DNA of 63,588 nucleotides, filler included, from Licmophora abbreviata (taxonomy: Eukaryota), in assembly GCA_900291995.1 (NCBI GenBank). It is 11 parts of 11 records of this genome, joined end to end, with 100 filler letters (N's around TTAATTAATTAA, not from the genome) between each part and the next. Parts side by side here need not be neighbours in the genome. Positions count along the whole stretch, not along the records: positions 1 to 7,553 come from OLMU01003624.1; positions 7,654 to 10,668 come from OLMU01003628.1; positions 10,769 to 13,046 come from OLMU01003629.1; 8 more parts are not named here. One strand, written 5' to 3'. The notes under the pieces were generated by a model. The model did no database searches, was not told the origin of the DNA, and saw only the letters and a list, made by a program, of their open reading frames with translations. This document shows positions 1-10,938 of this stretch, piece after piece. The position numbers were made by a program, and so were the translations under genes. Every line of letters begins with the position of its first letter. Positions within the stretch are counted from its first letter, which is position 1.

Positions 1-283
1 CCCTTGAATTTTCGTCTTCGTTCGATCGGTTCATTGCTACCAGTGCACAGTACCAGAAGGAGTGTGTACTATACGTACGAGATTCATATTAGTAGTGATG
101 ACGAAATTAAGCGGTATTCATCTAATACAGCAGACAGCTACCGGGTATAGAGAAGTCATTCAAGTCGCTGCTGACAGACAGAGCAAGAAGAAAAAAGCCT
201 ACCGACCTAAGTAGATGAGGGCGTTTCAGTTCAAACTTCGCTCTTTGTGCAGGATTTGAGAAACCGGAAATGCGTTCACTCCA

Positions 284-1426
284 TCATGCCCCTCTGTCAG
301 CATTTTTTCTCCATGCATGTACAACTTGTTCCACTATGTCATCCACGCCTACTCCGAGTCCTTGTCGCGCTTGACAAAACACAGTCGGTCCGTCATCACC
401 TCTCATTCGTTTCGCGTCGCGCTTCATTACATCCAGGGACGCCCCGACGGCCTCCGCCAGATCTGTTTTGTTAATGACGAGCAAGTCGGATTGCGTAACA
501 CCTGGACCACCTTTTCGAGGGACCTTGTCGCCTCCCGCAACGTCAATCACATAAATGGTGTAATCGGCAAGCTCTGGGGAGAAGTTCGCGGCTAAGTTGT
601 CTCCACCAGATTCCAAGAGAATGAGGTCCAGATTTTCTACCTTTGCAGTCAGTTCCTCACATGCATGCAAGTTGGCACTGAGTGGCAAGGCAGTTGTGAA
701 TCGAAAGAGTACAAGTGAGCTGAATCTGCCCCTGACAAGCGACACAGCAAGTTTCCACACTGATCTATACCTACCTAATATCTTCTCGGATCGCAGCATG
801 AGGACATCCTCCTGTCTCCACTGCCATGATTCGATCTTGTGGAAGTGCCTGGTGCTTCGTCAGGAACTCCCCGTCTTCACGAGTAAAGATATCGTTCGTC
901 ACGGCGGCAATGGAGATGCGATTTCGCAGCTTCTGACACAGTGCCAGAAGAAGCGCTGTTTTTCCGGCTCCAACCGGACCACCCAGACCTACCGTAAAGG
1001 CTCGTTCCTGATAGTCACGTGGAGCTGCGGAAAGACGTTGGTGAAAGTGACCTGGGTGCTCCAAATGTTCGTGTGAATGACCATGAGACGCCGACACCGA
1101 CGCCTCTGCCTCCCACGTCATGCCAAAGGGCGGCGCAGATGTATCCATCGAGCCATTGGATAACGCATCTTTTTTCCATTGCGGCATGGGCACATCTTCA
1201 ACGTCTCGCGCAGTCGTCAGTTTTCCCTGCTTCTTGCAGGATCCATTGCACTCTTCGCCTTTGTGGTTTCCCGCAGTACAGCAAGACACAACGGACGACA
1301 AAACTTGAAAGTCAGATTTTTGATTTATTTTGTTCGTTCCACCCGAACTTTCATCGTCTTACCATGATCATGACTGTGCCCGTGGTCTCCTGGGTGAGCG
1401 TGACTGTGCCCGTGATCATGTCCCAT
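284..1426 (-). CDS. ureG: Urease accessory GTPase UreG, 3 exons (1426-1363, 1258-775, 677-284)
   Basis: P-loop [30 protein letters not shown] and INKTD motifs; His-rich N-terminus [15 protein letters not shown] introns restore IREDI/SANL. Confidence 0.96.
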
Positions 1427-1489
1427 CGTGCAAATCTGTCGCAAATGCAGCGTCGGATCGTCATGTTCTGCGCGCCGACGAGACGAAAC

Positions 1490-1532
1490 GAAAAGATTCC
1501 GAAAGATCCGAAAGATCCGGAATCCGGAATCC
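1490..1532. repeat. Short tandem repeats (GAAAGATCC-like x3, then GGAATCC x2) in the ureG/rquA divergent intergenic region
   Basis: Read directly: gaaaagattcc gaaagatcc gaaagatcc ggaatcc ggaatcc. Confidence 0.6.
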
Positions 1533-1769
1533 ATAGAACGGAAAAAGTATGCTTTGCTCTCTTCGAGTTCGGGGCCAAAATGAGAATCGAACCGAATCTT
1601 TTGTTCTTCGTGTTCTCGTCACATTCAACATCATTGACCCGCCGCCGGCTCCGTTCTTTGGTCCAAGCCGTGTGTCGTTCGACGTGCTTTAGCCTGCTTT
1701 AGTTCGCCTCGCTACAGTAGCCGAAATACCTCAGACACCCTATTTTGGTTTTTTATTGCCGAGAACTGC

Positions 1770-2783
1770 ATGTTGATGAACTTCGCAATGATGTCGTCTT
1801 TGTCAAAGATACCCAAATTCTGGAGGCCTTCAGCGTTGGCTACAGGACCAGGCAGGGTCTTATCTATCTATTTGCAGCAACGAGACCTGCTTGCATCGCC
1901 TTTTCGACACGGCAATTCGGAACAACAGGTATCTTGCGTTTACATGAGGAGATACTTGACATGCAATACCAAGCCCGCGAAGAAGTCATCCGTCGCTGTC
2001 GAAACTACTTCGCTCGTCAACCGAAAGGAACCACAGCTACCCCCTGTACAACAACACAGCAACGATGCTGTTTCGAATCCCGTTCCCGAGTACTTGCAGG
2101 AAGTCTACTGGTGGGCATACCTACATCCCAACGCGATTCGCGTCTTTGAGCGTCAGTGGCTTGTGGATGCCATTCTGTGGGGGAACTTTAGTCAACTTCG
2201 TGATGCCGCCCTGGACGAACTCAGTAGTACCGCCGGTTCGATTGATGGCCGCACATTGCAAGTAGCATGTGTCTATGGTAACTTTACAGAGCTGCTCGCA
2301 GAGCGTCTCGCTCCTGGCGCGACGCTCGATGTGGTGGACGTGGCTCCCATTCAGATTGAAAACTTGACAAACAAATTGAAAGAATCTCCTTACAACTATG
2401 ATCCGGCCTGTATTCAGCTCTCTCGTTTCAACGCGGCGGATCTGCATTTCGAGAAGGATGCCTTCGACCAAGTCGTCCTCTTCTTTCTCCTGCACGAAAT
2501 GCCTGAAGAGGTGCGACGACAAACACTGAGTGAAGCGGCGCGCGTACTGAAAAGCGAGGGAGGCAAGCTCGTCTTTGTGGACTATCATCGCCCGACGTCT
2601 CCATTTCATCCGCATCGATATATCATGCCAGTTGTTTTGCAAACGCTGGAACCATTCGCCATGGATCTTTGGAACAACGAGATTCAAGACTGGCTGCCCG
2701 ACGATGTCGTGTCCTCGTGTCGGATCGAGAAAGAGCTCTTCTTTGGTGGTTTGTATCAGAAGGTCGTACTCACACGAGAGTGA
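1770..2783 (+). CDS. rquA: Rhodoquinone biosynthesis protein RquA (methyltransferase-like), predicted mitochondrial presequence, intronless
   Basis: PEYLQEVYWWAYLHP, FERQWLVDAILWGN, altered SAM motif LQVACVYG, VVDVAPIQ, LFFLLHEMP, LEPFAMDLW and FGGLYQKVV match RquA; N-terminal extension is S/R/K-rich and acid-poor. Confidence 0.92.
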   Translation: MLMNFAMMSSLSKIPKFWRPSALATGPGRVLSIYLQQRDLLASPFRHGNSEQQVSCVYMRRYLTCNTKPAKKSSVAVETTSLVNRKEPQLPPVQQHSNDAVSNPVPEYLQEVYWWAYLHPNAIRVFERQWLVDAILWGNFSQLRDAALDELSSTAGSIDGRTLQVACVYGNFTELLAERLAPGATLDVVDVAPIQIENLTNKLKESPYNYDPACIQLSRFNAADLHFEKDAFDQVVLFFLLHEMPEEVRRQTLSEAARVLKSEGGKLVFVDYHRPTSPFHPHRYIMPVVLQTLEPFAMDLWNNEIQDWLPDDVVSSCRIEKELFFGGLYQKVVLTRE

Positions 2784-3460
2784 TGACCAGAGAGAAGGAA
2801 AACTCAACTATTGAATGAAGAGAAGCGCCACAGGCTGTCCAACTTCAGGTAGATGAAGGCAGTTGTATCGCACAATTGGCGATGCCGTAGAAAGAAACAA
2901 ATGTATTACTATTTCTAGTCGTGGCTCGTAGGAACCCAGAACGAAAGAGCGTATCTGCAATCACGTCGCACTTGTGCTAACAACTCATTGGGACTCAAAT
3001 ATGAATAACTTAAGCTCGAGGACGACGCTGGATCTAGTGGCTAGCCTCTTTCTTACCTATCCACGCGCAGCTCCGCCCGACGGCACGTTAATATGCCGTC
3101 ATCGCTTGCCAATGACGAGGAGAGGGGCAGGGTAATGAACGCGAAGAACAGCATGCACATGCGGAAGAAATCAAAATTACGTGAGCGATTGCAGGGCAAC
3201 TCTCTCTGATGATTTGGCGCAATCTGCGGTTCAAAAAAGTGAATCTCCACGAGGTTCGCCAAAATCTTTTACTAAACCAGAGCTCGTTGCTCTCCCTGAC
3301 CATGACTTTGCGAACATCACCTGACAATCGTGTTCATCACCGACGCCGTCGCCGCTGCTCCTTGGACTACTTGTTCCTTACGCAGCCTTGACGATCGAAC
3401 ACGTCCTGTGGAGACAGTGTGGATTGAATCCAGGGTCAATCTGAGTTTTTAGGAAAGAAC

Positions 3461-4223
3461 ATGGGAAAGTGCTTCCAGTTCTCGTCGTCATTGGTTTTAC
3501 TGCTCTTCGTCATCGAAAATGCCTGCGCAGGCTCTTCCGTTGTCCTGAACAAAGACAATTTCGATGAGCTCACATCTGGAAAGACAGTCTTTATCAAGCT
3601 GTTTTCTCCAGGGTACGTGAACAACGGATTGTGTCGAACAGTACTTGTGTTCGTTTTGACTCTACTAATTCGACGTTCATCAATGTTGTGTGTACTACAG
3701 GTGCAGTCACTGCCAGGAACTCGCCCCAAAATGGGATCGAATGGCTGCGGAATGGGTCGGGCACGAGCAGGGTCTCGTTGGAGAAGTCGACTGCACAGTG
3801 CATAAATCGTTCTGTGACGAAGAGTTCAAAGTGACAGGCCTCCCGACTCTGTTGTTCGGAGAGCCTAGCATGGGCGGTGTCTTTCTCAACCAGTACGGGG
3901 ACGACAAGTCGTACAAGGACTTGTCTCTCTTTGCTAACGAAACATTGATAATGTCTATTTGTACCCCCGGTAACTTGGATCCATGTGATGACAAGAAGAG
4001 ACGAACGTATTCCGACTTTCTCGACATGACTATCTCCCAGATGGACGCCGTCATTGCCGAGAAGGAAGAAGAGACAGAAGCAGCGGAGAAGGCATTCCAG
4101 CAAGCCTTCAAAAACATGCAAAAGTCGTACGACAAGCTAGCTTCCGATCACCAGCTGCTAGAAGCTCGAATCAAGGCCGACATTCGAATGATCACGTCTG
4201 TCTTGAAAGCCAAGAACGCGTAG
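3461..4223 (+). CDS. Secreted/ER thioredoxin-fold (PDI-like) protein with CSHC motif and C-terminal coiled coil, intron 3613-3700
   Basis: Signal peptide; VLNKDNFDELTSGKTVFIKLFSPG/CSHCQELAPKW; VGEVDCT. Confidence 0.85.
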
Positions 4224-4261
4224 CGAGCGAGAGTATGGGTACTAACAAAAACTTAGCGCGC

Positions 4262-6270
4262 TTACCCTGCATGTGGGAACGGATAGCTTGTGCCTGCCCC
4301 GCCATCACCGGGTGCCCCATTCATCGTTCTATCCCTCATGATGTCGCGTGCTCTTCGTCCTCGAAAGATCCACCGAATCGGTGTAGCCTCGAAGCCATCC
4401 AGACTCTCCCGAAACTTGCGGTCAAGGTACCGTTTGTAATTGTCGTTCAACAGCTTTGGATCGTTGCAAAAGACGACAATAGTGGGAGGCCGAACACTGA
4501 CTTGGTTGCAATAGTAAATCTTGGCTTGTGCACCGCTGCGTTTGGCAGGAGGGGGCTGCCACAGAACGGCATCTCGTAATACTTCATTCAACACACCCGT
4601 CGACACTCGTCTACGATGAGCCTCAATCGCTTCATCCACTTTTCCGTAAATCTTTCCAACACGCTGCCCTGTCGCTGCCGAGATAAAGAGAATAGGCGCC
4701 CATCGGACCTGGGGTAGTTCCTCTCGCATGTACTTGACTGACTTGTCGTAGGTGGACGAGTCCTTGTCGACGACGGCATCCCATTTGTTCACCACAATGA
4801 CGCACGCGCGCCCATCGTCCGCCACCTTCTGCGCCAAAATGCGATCTTGCTCTGTGACTCCCGCAGTGGCGTCCATGATGAGCAGTACTGGATTGAAACG
4901 ATACAGAAAGGAACACTTAGTCAGAGATTTCTTGACACTCTACGGAATGTCATCCACGCAAAACCCAACTCACCAACATCCGCACGCCGAATCGCTCGAA
5001 GCGCTCGATTCACCATGAAGAACTCAGGCCCAAACTCAACTTTTCCTTTTCGTCGAATACCAGCTGTGTCTACAAAGCGGTAAATGGTGGAGGTCTTGTT
5101 GCTCCCGGCAGGAGCTGGTCTCTCCATGACGGCATCGATAGAGTCGCGAGTAGTTCCTGCCATGTCCGACACGATGGACCTGGTGTCGCCAAAGATGGCA
5201 TTCGTCAAGCTTGATTTTCCAACATTTGGCCTTCCAATGATGGCGACATTAATCTCTTCTGGTCTGTCTTCTTGATCGAAAGCTTCCATGGCGGCTTCGT
5301 ATCGCTCAATCACAGTTTCGGCACCCGTTCCGATTCCGTACTTCTTTCGCAGAAAGGCATCCGTCTCGTCTTCTCCTGGCAAGGGCTCGTCGCTATCGAA
5401 AGCCTCTTTGGCAGCTTGGAGTTCCTTCACCTTTGTTCCAAAGCCTTCAATCGCACTCTTCTTTTCTGCAATCGACTCAAACATGCTTTCCAGTAATTCC
5501 GCCGTCCCAACTCCATGCAAAGCCGAAACAGCAGTCGGCTCCCCCAATCCCAAATTCCAAAATTCCACCGCTGCCAAAGCTCCTGTCTGTTCACTTTCAC
5601 ACTTGTTGACTGCCACCTGAATCGGAATGTTATCTTTCAAGACTTCTTTCCTTAGAAACTCTGCAATCGCTTGATCCATGCTCGTCATGCCCACCTGTCC
5701 ATCCACAACGAGGATAACTCCAGCACTTTCCTGAATGGCCACCATGGCTTGCTGCCGAATTTCCTTGGCAAAGAGCGTGTCTACATTATCTTCAAAGACC
5801 AGACCTCCAGTATCGACAATCTGGAAGAACTCTCCGAGGAACTCCGCATTTTTGTAGGTGCGATCCCTGGTAATGCCGGATTCGTCCGCAACGATGCTGC
5901 CGCCGCTCTGCGTTCCGGCAATACGGTTCACCAACGCACTCTTCCCCACATTGGGTCTCCCAATGACGGCAATCAAAGGCTCTTTCTTACTACGACGGTG
6001 TCGACGAATAGCTTGAAGCTTCGGGAGAGAACTTTCTTCTTCTTCCGAAGAAGAAAACGTTCTGACGGTATCTTGCGTCGACACAAAGTGCGGGAGCAAC
6101 GACGGGCGGGATGTCGTAGCGGTTGTTGTACCGCTGGTCGCTATTGTCCGGCAGGTACGTTTCAGTATAAAGGCATGTGTCTCCGTTAGAAGTACTCCTA
6201 GGAGAAGCAACTGCGCAAGCGGCCGTTGCATCAAAGCTGTTGTCATCTTCATGGTCGCGTCGCTGACCAT
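4262..6270 (-). CDS. der: Ribosome biogenesis double GTPase Der/EngA, plastid-targeted, intron 4973-4888
   Basis: Two GRPNVGKS P-loops, GITRD/GTTRD, DTGG/DTAG, NKCE/NKWD, KH-like C-terminal domain; bipartite signal ending THAF. Confidence 0.95.
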
Positions 6271-6594
6271 GAAAGTGGGAGTTTTGAGTTTTGTTCTGTT
6301 TTATCGCATCAGACATCAGAAGTTTGATGTCTGTCTGTCAGCGAAACTTTGAATGGCCATGGTTGCAATGTGGTACTACTCTACGTGAGTTGTACATAGA
6401 CGACCCCCTCGACTCAAAACGTATGCACATGCTGCGCCAGAGTTTTACTCCTCGAAGACCTCGCGTTCGTGTCATTGTTTTTTGGCAAATGCCGTCGTGG
6501 AGTTCAAAACGCATCACCCTGTTCGTCGTTTCGGTTGCCATCATCAACGACTCGCTGCTCTCTACTTCTCTGCAATTTCCATCTGATTGACACC

Positions 6595-7357
6595 ATGGTA
6601 TGTGTATAAGAAGTGGGCGCGATGGATTGGAGTGCTATGAAGCGGTGGTCGTTCAGAAACGCCATGTCCTCAAATTGTCTCTCCGCCACAGTGTGTGCAT
6701 GTGTGTGTGAGTTTGTCCCGCGCCGTCTCATCACCAGCAGCACGAAACATTTGATAATATACCTGTCCATTACTCATCCTGACCCGCTCACCTGTATGCT
6801 TTGTCCTTCTTCCATTAGGCTGACGGATACGATCCCAAAAAGTCCAAGGTCTCCGACGACCGCATGGAACAGTGGCGCACCGAGGCTGTCACGCCGGATC
6901 TCATGTCGGTCCCCGGCGTGGGTCCTGCGGCCATCAAGAAGCTCGCTGAGGGAGAGGAAGACCAGAAAGTTACCAACACCTACCAGCTCTTTGGGAAGGT
7001 ACGTCGTGGTTTTGTCTTTTAGATGCGTGCAGGAGATGTGAGGAATTATGCTTGCCATTTTCTTCTTGAGAACGCGTGTGTCCGTTTGGAACATTACCCC
7101 ACGACTCAGTCTCTTGCCCTCTTTTTTCTCTTTCTCTACGACGACCACAGTTTCTCATGCTCAAAGGTCCCGATACAGAAGATCAGACGGTCGAGTCGGT
7201 CGAACACACGGAAAAGTTCTGGCATTTCCTCAAACAAAAGGGGATTGCTTCGCATCGATCGGCCATTGTATTGGCCGTCGCCGAAAAGAGTGCCACCTTC
7301 TTTCCTGGAATCTACGATGCCAACATGTACGACGACGAGGAAGATGACATGGAGTAA
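6595..7357 (+). CDS. Barrier-to-autointegration factor (BAF)-like helix-hairpin-helix protein, 129 aa, 3 exons (6595-6597, 6819-6998, 7151-7357)
   Basis: Canonical phase-0 introns (ATG|gtatgt...ttag; AAG|gtacgt...acag) give MADGYDPKKSKVSDDRMEQWRTEAVTPDLMSVPGVGPAAIKKLAEGEEDQKVTNTYQLFGKFLMLKG...FWHFLKQKG...DDEEDDME. HhH VPGVGP and YQLFGKFLMLK resemble BAF LAGIGE and YVVLGQFLVLK. Confidence 0.7.
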
Positions 7358-7553
7358 AGTAGGAGAGCTGAGTAGTATAGGATGGATGTAATTTTGCCTG
7401 TCGCGGCGGGAGAGTCCATCTTTCAACATGCGGGGAAGGGTGCGAAGGAGGAAAGTGTAGAAGCGTCTTGCCACTTGGAGTCATCACAGTCGACTTTCTT
7501 GTAGGATCGCGTAGTCTTGATAAAACAAAGGCATCACTGGGAATATCTTCTTG

Positions 7554-7653
7554 NNNNNNNNNNNNNNNNNNNNNNNNNNNNNNNNNNNNNNNNNNNNTTA
7601 ATTAATTAANNNNNNNNNNNNNNNNNNNNNNNNNNNNNNNNNNNNNNNNNNNN
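7554..7653. other. Artificial scaffold spacer (44N-TTAATTAATTAA-44N). Identical spacers at 10669-10768, 13047-13146, 16901-17000, 20191-20290, 21376-21475, 29403-29502, 47976-48075, 55722-55821 and 61144-61243
   Basis: Ten identical 100-nt N blocks containing a six-frame stop linker. Confidence 0.98.
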
Positions 7654-9445
7654 CTCGGTTTCTTTCGCTAGGCCTCCTATTATTCTTGATATCTAGTGCT
7701 AAACCTCCGCGGCACAGGCCCAGTGAGAGCATGGGATCTCTGTTGGCATGGGCTCTTCTGAGCCTGGTGGATGCCGTCATGTGGCTGTATCTGATTTCGC
7801 GTGTCAAAAATCTGTTTACAGCACTCCGTGTAACGCTCGGTCGAAACACGTGTGCAGGGCATCCTGGCGCGGCGAAAGCGGGGTGGATCACGCCAGGGCA
7901 AGAGCCGCATGTTACCATCCAGATTTGTGTGTACAACGAAGGGGAAGTGGTGCCAGCAACGATTGCTAGTGCCTGTTCCATCGAGTGGCCGGCGGAAAAG
8001 CTTCATATTCAGATTGTGGACGATTCAACGGAGAAAGCGACCATTGACATCATCGACAGAGCTGTAGCTACGTGGAATGAGAAGGGTGTGGATGTACAGA
8101 GACTTTGTCGCTCAGACAGAGTGGGCTACAAAGCTGGTAACTTGCGACACCACTTTGACAGCGTGATTGGAGATTATGTTGCGTACTTTGATGCGGACCA
8201 CCGCGCAGAGCCAGATTTTCTCAAGAATGCTCTTCCTTATTTTTTCGACTGCGATGGGCTCTCAAAAGACGAGGTGGGAATGGTTCAAACCCCATGGGCG
8301 TACTACAATACACACCAAAATATTTTGACAGAATGCGGTAAGCGACAGTCGGTACCGTGCTCTTCTTGTACTTACGTTACAAACCAAATCGCTTGGCTGT
8401 CGACTCTTGCCGTGCAACGCACACTCACCTTTGCTATGATCGCTGTCGCTCCTTTGCATTGTGTTTAGATGCAATGGTGCTAGACATTCATCACATGACA
8501 GAACAAATTGGGCGAGCAACTATGTACAAGGTTTTCGGGTTCAATGGCACCGGTGCCTTATTCCGATGGCAGTCGATCCAAGATGCCGGTGGATTCACTT
8601 GGGAAGCGGTGACTGAGGATATCCATCTGGCTTACAAGTGCCATCTTAAAGGCTACGACTTCGTATACGCTCGGGATTGCCCGCAACTTCTGGAACTCCC
8701 GACTAGCATGCTTTCACACATTCAACAGAAGCATCGCTGGACAAAAGGATACATGCAATGTTTTAGGTTCCATTTCTGGGACATCGCAATGTATCCAAAC
8801 ACCTGCACCCGGACAAAATTCGAAATGTTGATTCACCTTCTGGAACCGATCCAGTTCATTCTAATTCTACCGATGCTCGTGCTGTATCCGTATGTGACAC
8901 CGCGATGGTATTGGGTATCAGGAAATTTCGTGGCTACATTTCTTTCGTTGACGGAAGCGCTTTTTACAACCTTTGTAAAAGTAGCCGGTAGCAACGAACA
9001 CTACAACTCCCTTTGGTCGCGGACAAAACGATTATTGTTCATCCCCGGCTACTTTGCCCTGCGATACGGCCTCATTATTTTCCATGCCAAGGCCGTCCTC
9101 GAAGGTTTTTTCTCCAACGATGCGACCTTCCATACAACTCCCAAGCAAGGAACAAACACAAGTCCATGGGTGAAAGCCAAGTTGGCAGGCAAAGTGAGTC
9201 GTTCGAGCTTGGATGACTTGGCAGCCTATGTCGGTATTCTTGTCGTTCTGCACCAGATCAAATCCTACGTTCGGTACCAGCTCTTCTCCGTTGATGGCCC
9301 CTTTGCCGCGGCAATGTTCTGTTACAACGTGGTCCTCATCTCTGGAATGCTCAGCGTATCGCTCGCTTTTCTTTGGGAAAAGCACCTTTCCTCGATCTCA
9401 TGTCGCCTCTACCAGAAACATGGCTTCGTATCGAAAAAGGTTTAG
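7654..9445 (+). CDS. Processive GT2 glycosyltransferase (cellulose synthase-like, CslA/mannan synthase type), 5'-truncated by gap, intron 8338-8468
   Basis: VTIQICVYNE, IVDDST, GYKAGNL, FDAD, VQTPW, FNGTG, VTED, QKHRW (D,D,D,QxxRW), FHTTPK; multiple C-terminal TM segments. Confidence 0.88.
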
Positions 9446-9755
9446 CCAGTGAACTAAATTAATACTCTATTTGGGTTGATAGATGACAAAATTGCGAAGT
9501 GAGCGTCAGTATATTCTCCGGGAACGTTTTCTGTTAGTTTAGATCCCCTTATATTAATTAGGCTTGCCGTCTGTATCTATGTTCCTTCGATTGTGTCCAT
9601 ATCGAAACATATCATATGCAGTAGAGTATAAGTAGAAGGGAAACTTATGGACAGCTCTAGACTACCTTACGGCCACGGTTGACGTTGTGCTTGACTGTGT
9701 CAATCGCACTGTGGGTGCTACTAGTTGGTCAGATATATTACATGTAGTAGAGTAA

Positions 9756-10668
9756 TCAGGCCATGAGAGCGAAGTTGTCTCGAGCTGACTTGGGCTTTCG
9801 AGCAGTGCTAGGATCCCCCCAGGTGGCATTGGCAGTACTGCCGCCGTTTGACGCGGCCGCACGAGAGAGGGATGGCATTGATGCCGACGCCCGCGAGGAC
9901 TGTGAGACCCCCCAAGGAGCGTTTCGCTGTCCCCGTTGTAGGTGCTGCTGCCGTTGTTGGTGGTGATGTGCACTGCGCCGTATGAGTTGCAATGAGTCCA
10001 TGCGACGAGCGTTGGCGGTAGATGAAATGCGATCATTGGGGCGAAGGAGTTTCTGGGAGACGTGGTTCATAGCTTCGGAAGATGCGGCATCTTCGGCGTC
10101 CGCCAAGGCAAGTTCAATGGCGCGTGTCGTCGCCCACTTGCTCGAGACGCCTATGTGTTCGTGCATGCCAAACGGCTCGTTCAATCCCAATTTCCGTTGA
10201 CGTCCTTGCTCAAGTAGAACTCCTCTCGTGTACTCCATCTGCAGTCCTCTTCTCACCATGTAGTCGCGTGTTGAAATTCGATCTTCGAGCCCGCGCAAAC
10301 AGAACATGGAGGCGTCGAGCTCTTCGAGTCCGAAGACTGATTTTTTGTAGGCTTTGATCGTCTTTTTACTTTCCGCTTCAAACATGCAGGTCTCTATATC
10401 CTGTCGTAGCAGTGATCGAAGAGTGTATGAGTGGAAGTCAGTAAAACGAGTGAGGTGTTGGCAGTTAGTCCGAATTTCGGGGAAATACGATGCTTACCGT
10501 GTACCAGAGAGCGCTGTGTTCCTCATCACTGTATTCATAAAAGGGCTCGATTGTTACCACCTCGTTGTCCTCCGAGAATCGTATCTTGAACGATTTCTCG
10601 ATCACGACGCTTGGTGCGGGTCTTACTTCTGGCGGTGTCTGTGCTGTTGACACGACTTCGATTTCCAT
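9756..10668 (-). CDS. Diatom hypothetical protein of the 'xRF...LWY...CLRGLE' type, one intron near 10410-10497, possibly 5'-truncated
   Basis: KIRFSEDNEVVTI, ALWYT, FCLRGLED, GVLLEQGRQR, RAIELALADA; low-complexity C-terminus. Confidence 0.65.
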
Positions 10669-10938
10669 NNNNNNNNNNNNNNNNNNNNNNNNNNNNNNNN
10701 NNNNNNNNNNNNTTAATTAATTAANNNNNNNNNNNNNNNNNNNNNNNNNNNNNNNNNNNNNNNNNNNNCATAAGTAACATGAGGGCATCAGCTCTATCTT
10801 GCTAAAGACGTCGTTTTCAACAGTTAGCATAGCACTTCCTACCACGGTAAATGTATGAAATGAGCTAGGCAGGAACCGGCCTCAAAAATCACAACTACAC
10901 GGTCTAAACACTGCTTGGAGAGGAATAGCTACCGTACT

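Noticed and set aside
2915..3160. Small minus-strand signal-peptide ORF (MCMLFFAFITLPL...CRRAELRVD|gtaag), faintly Sep15/SelM-like
   Set aside because: No convincing downstream exon, redox motif or SECIS; splicing to the nearest acceptor stops within about 13 codons.
3600..3720. PDI-like protein as a UxxC selenoprotein
   Set aside because: The spliced motif reads TGC AGT CAC TGC (CSHC), with no in-frame TGA.
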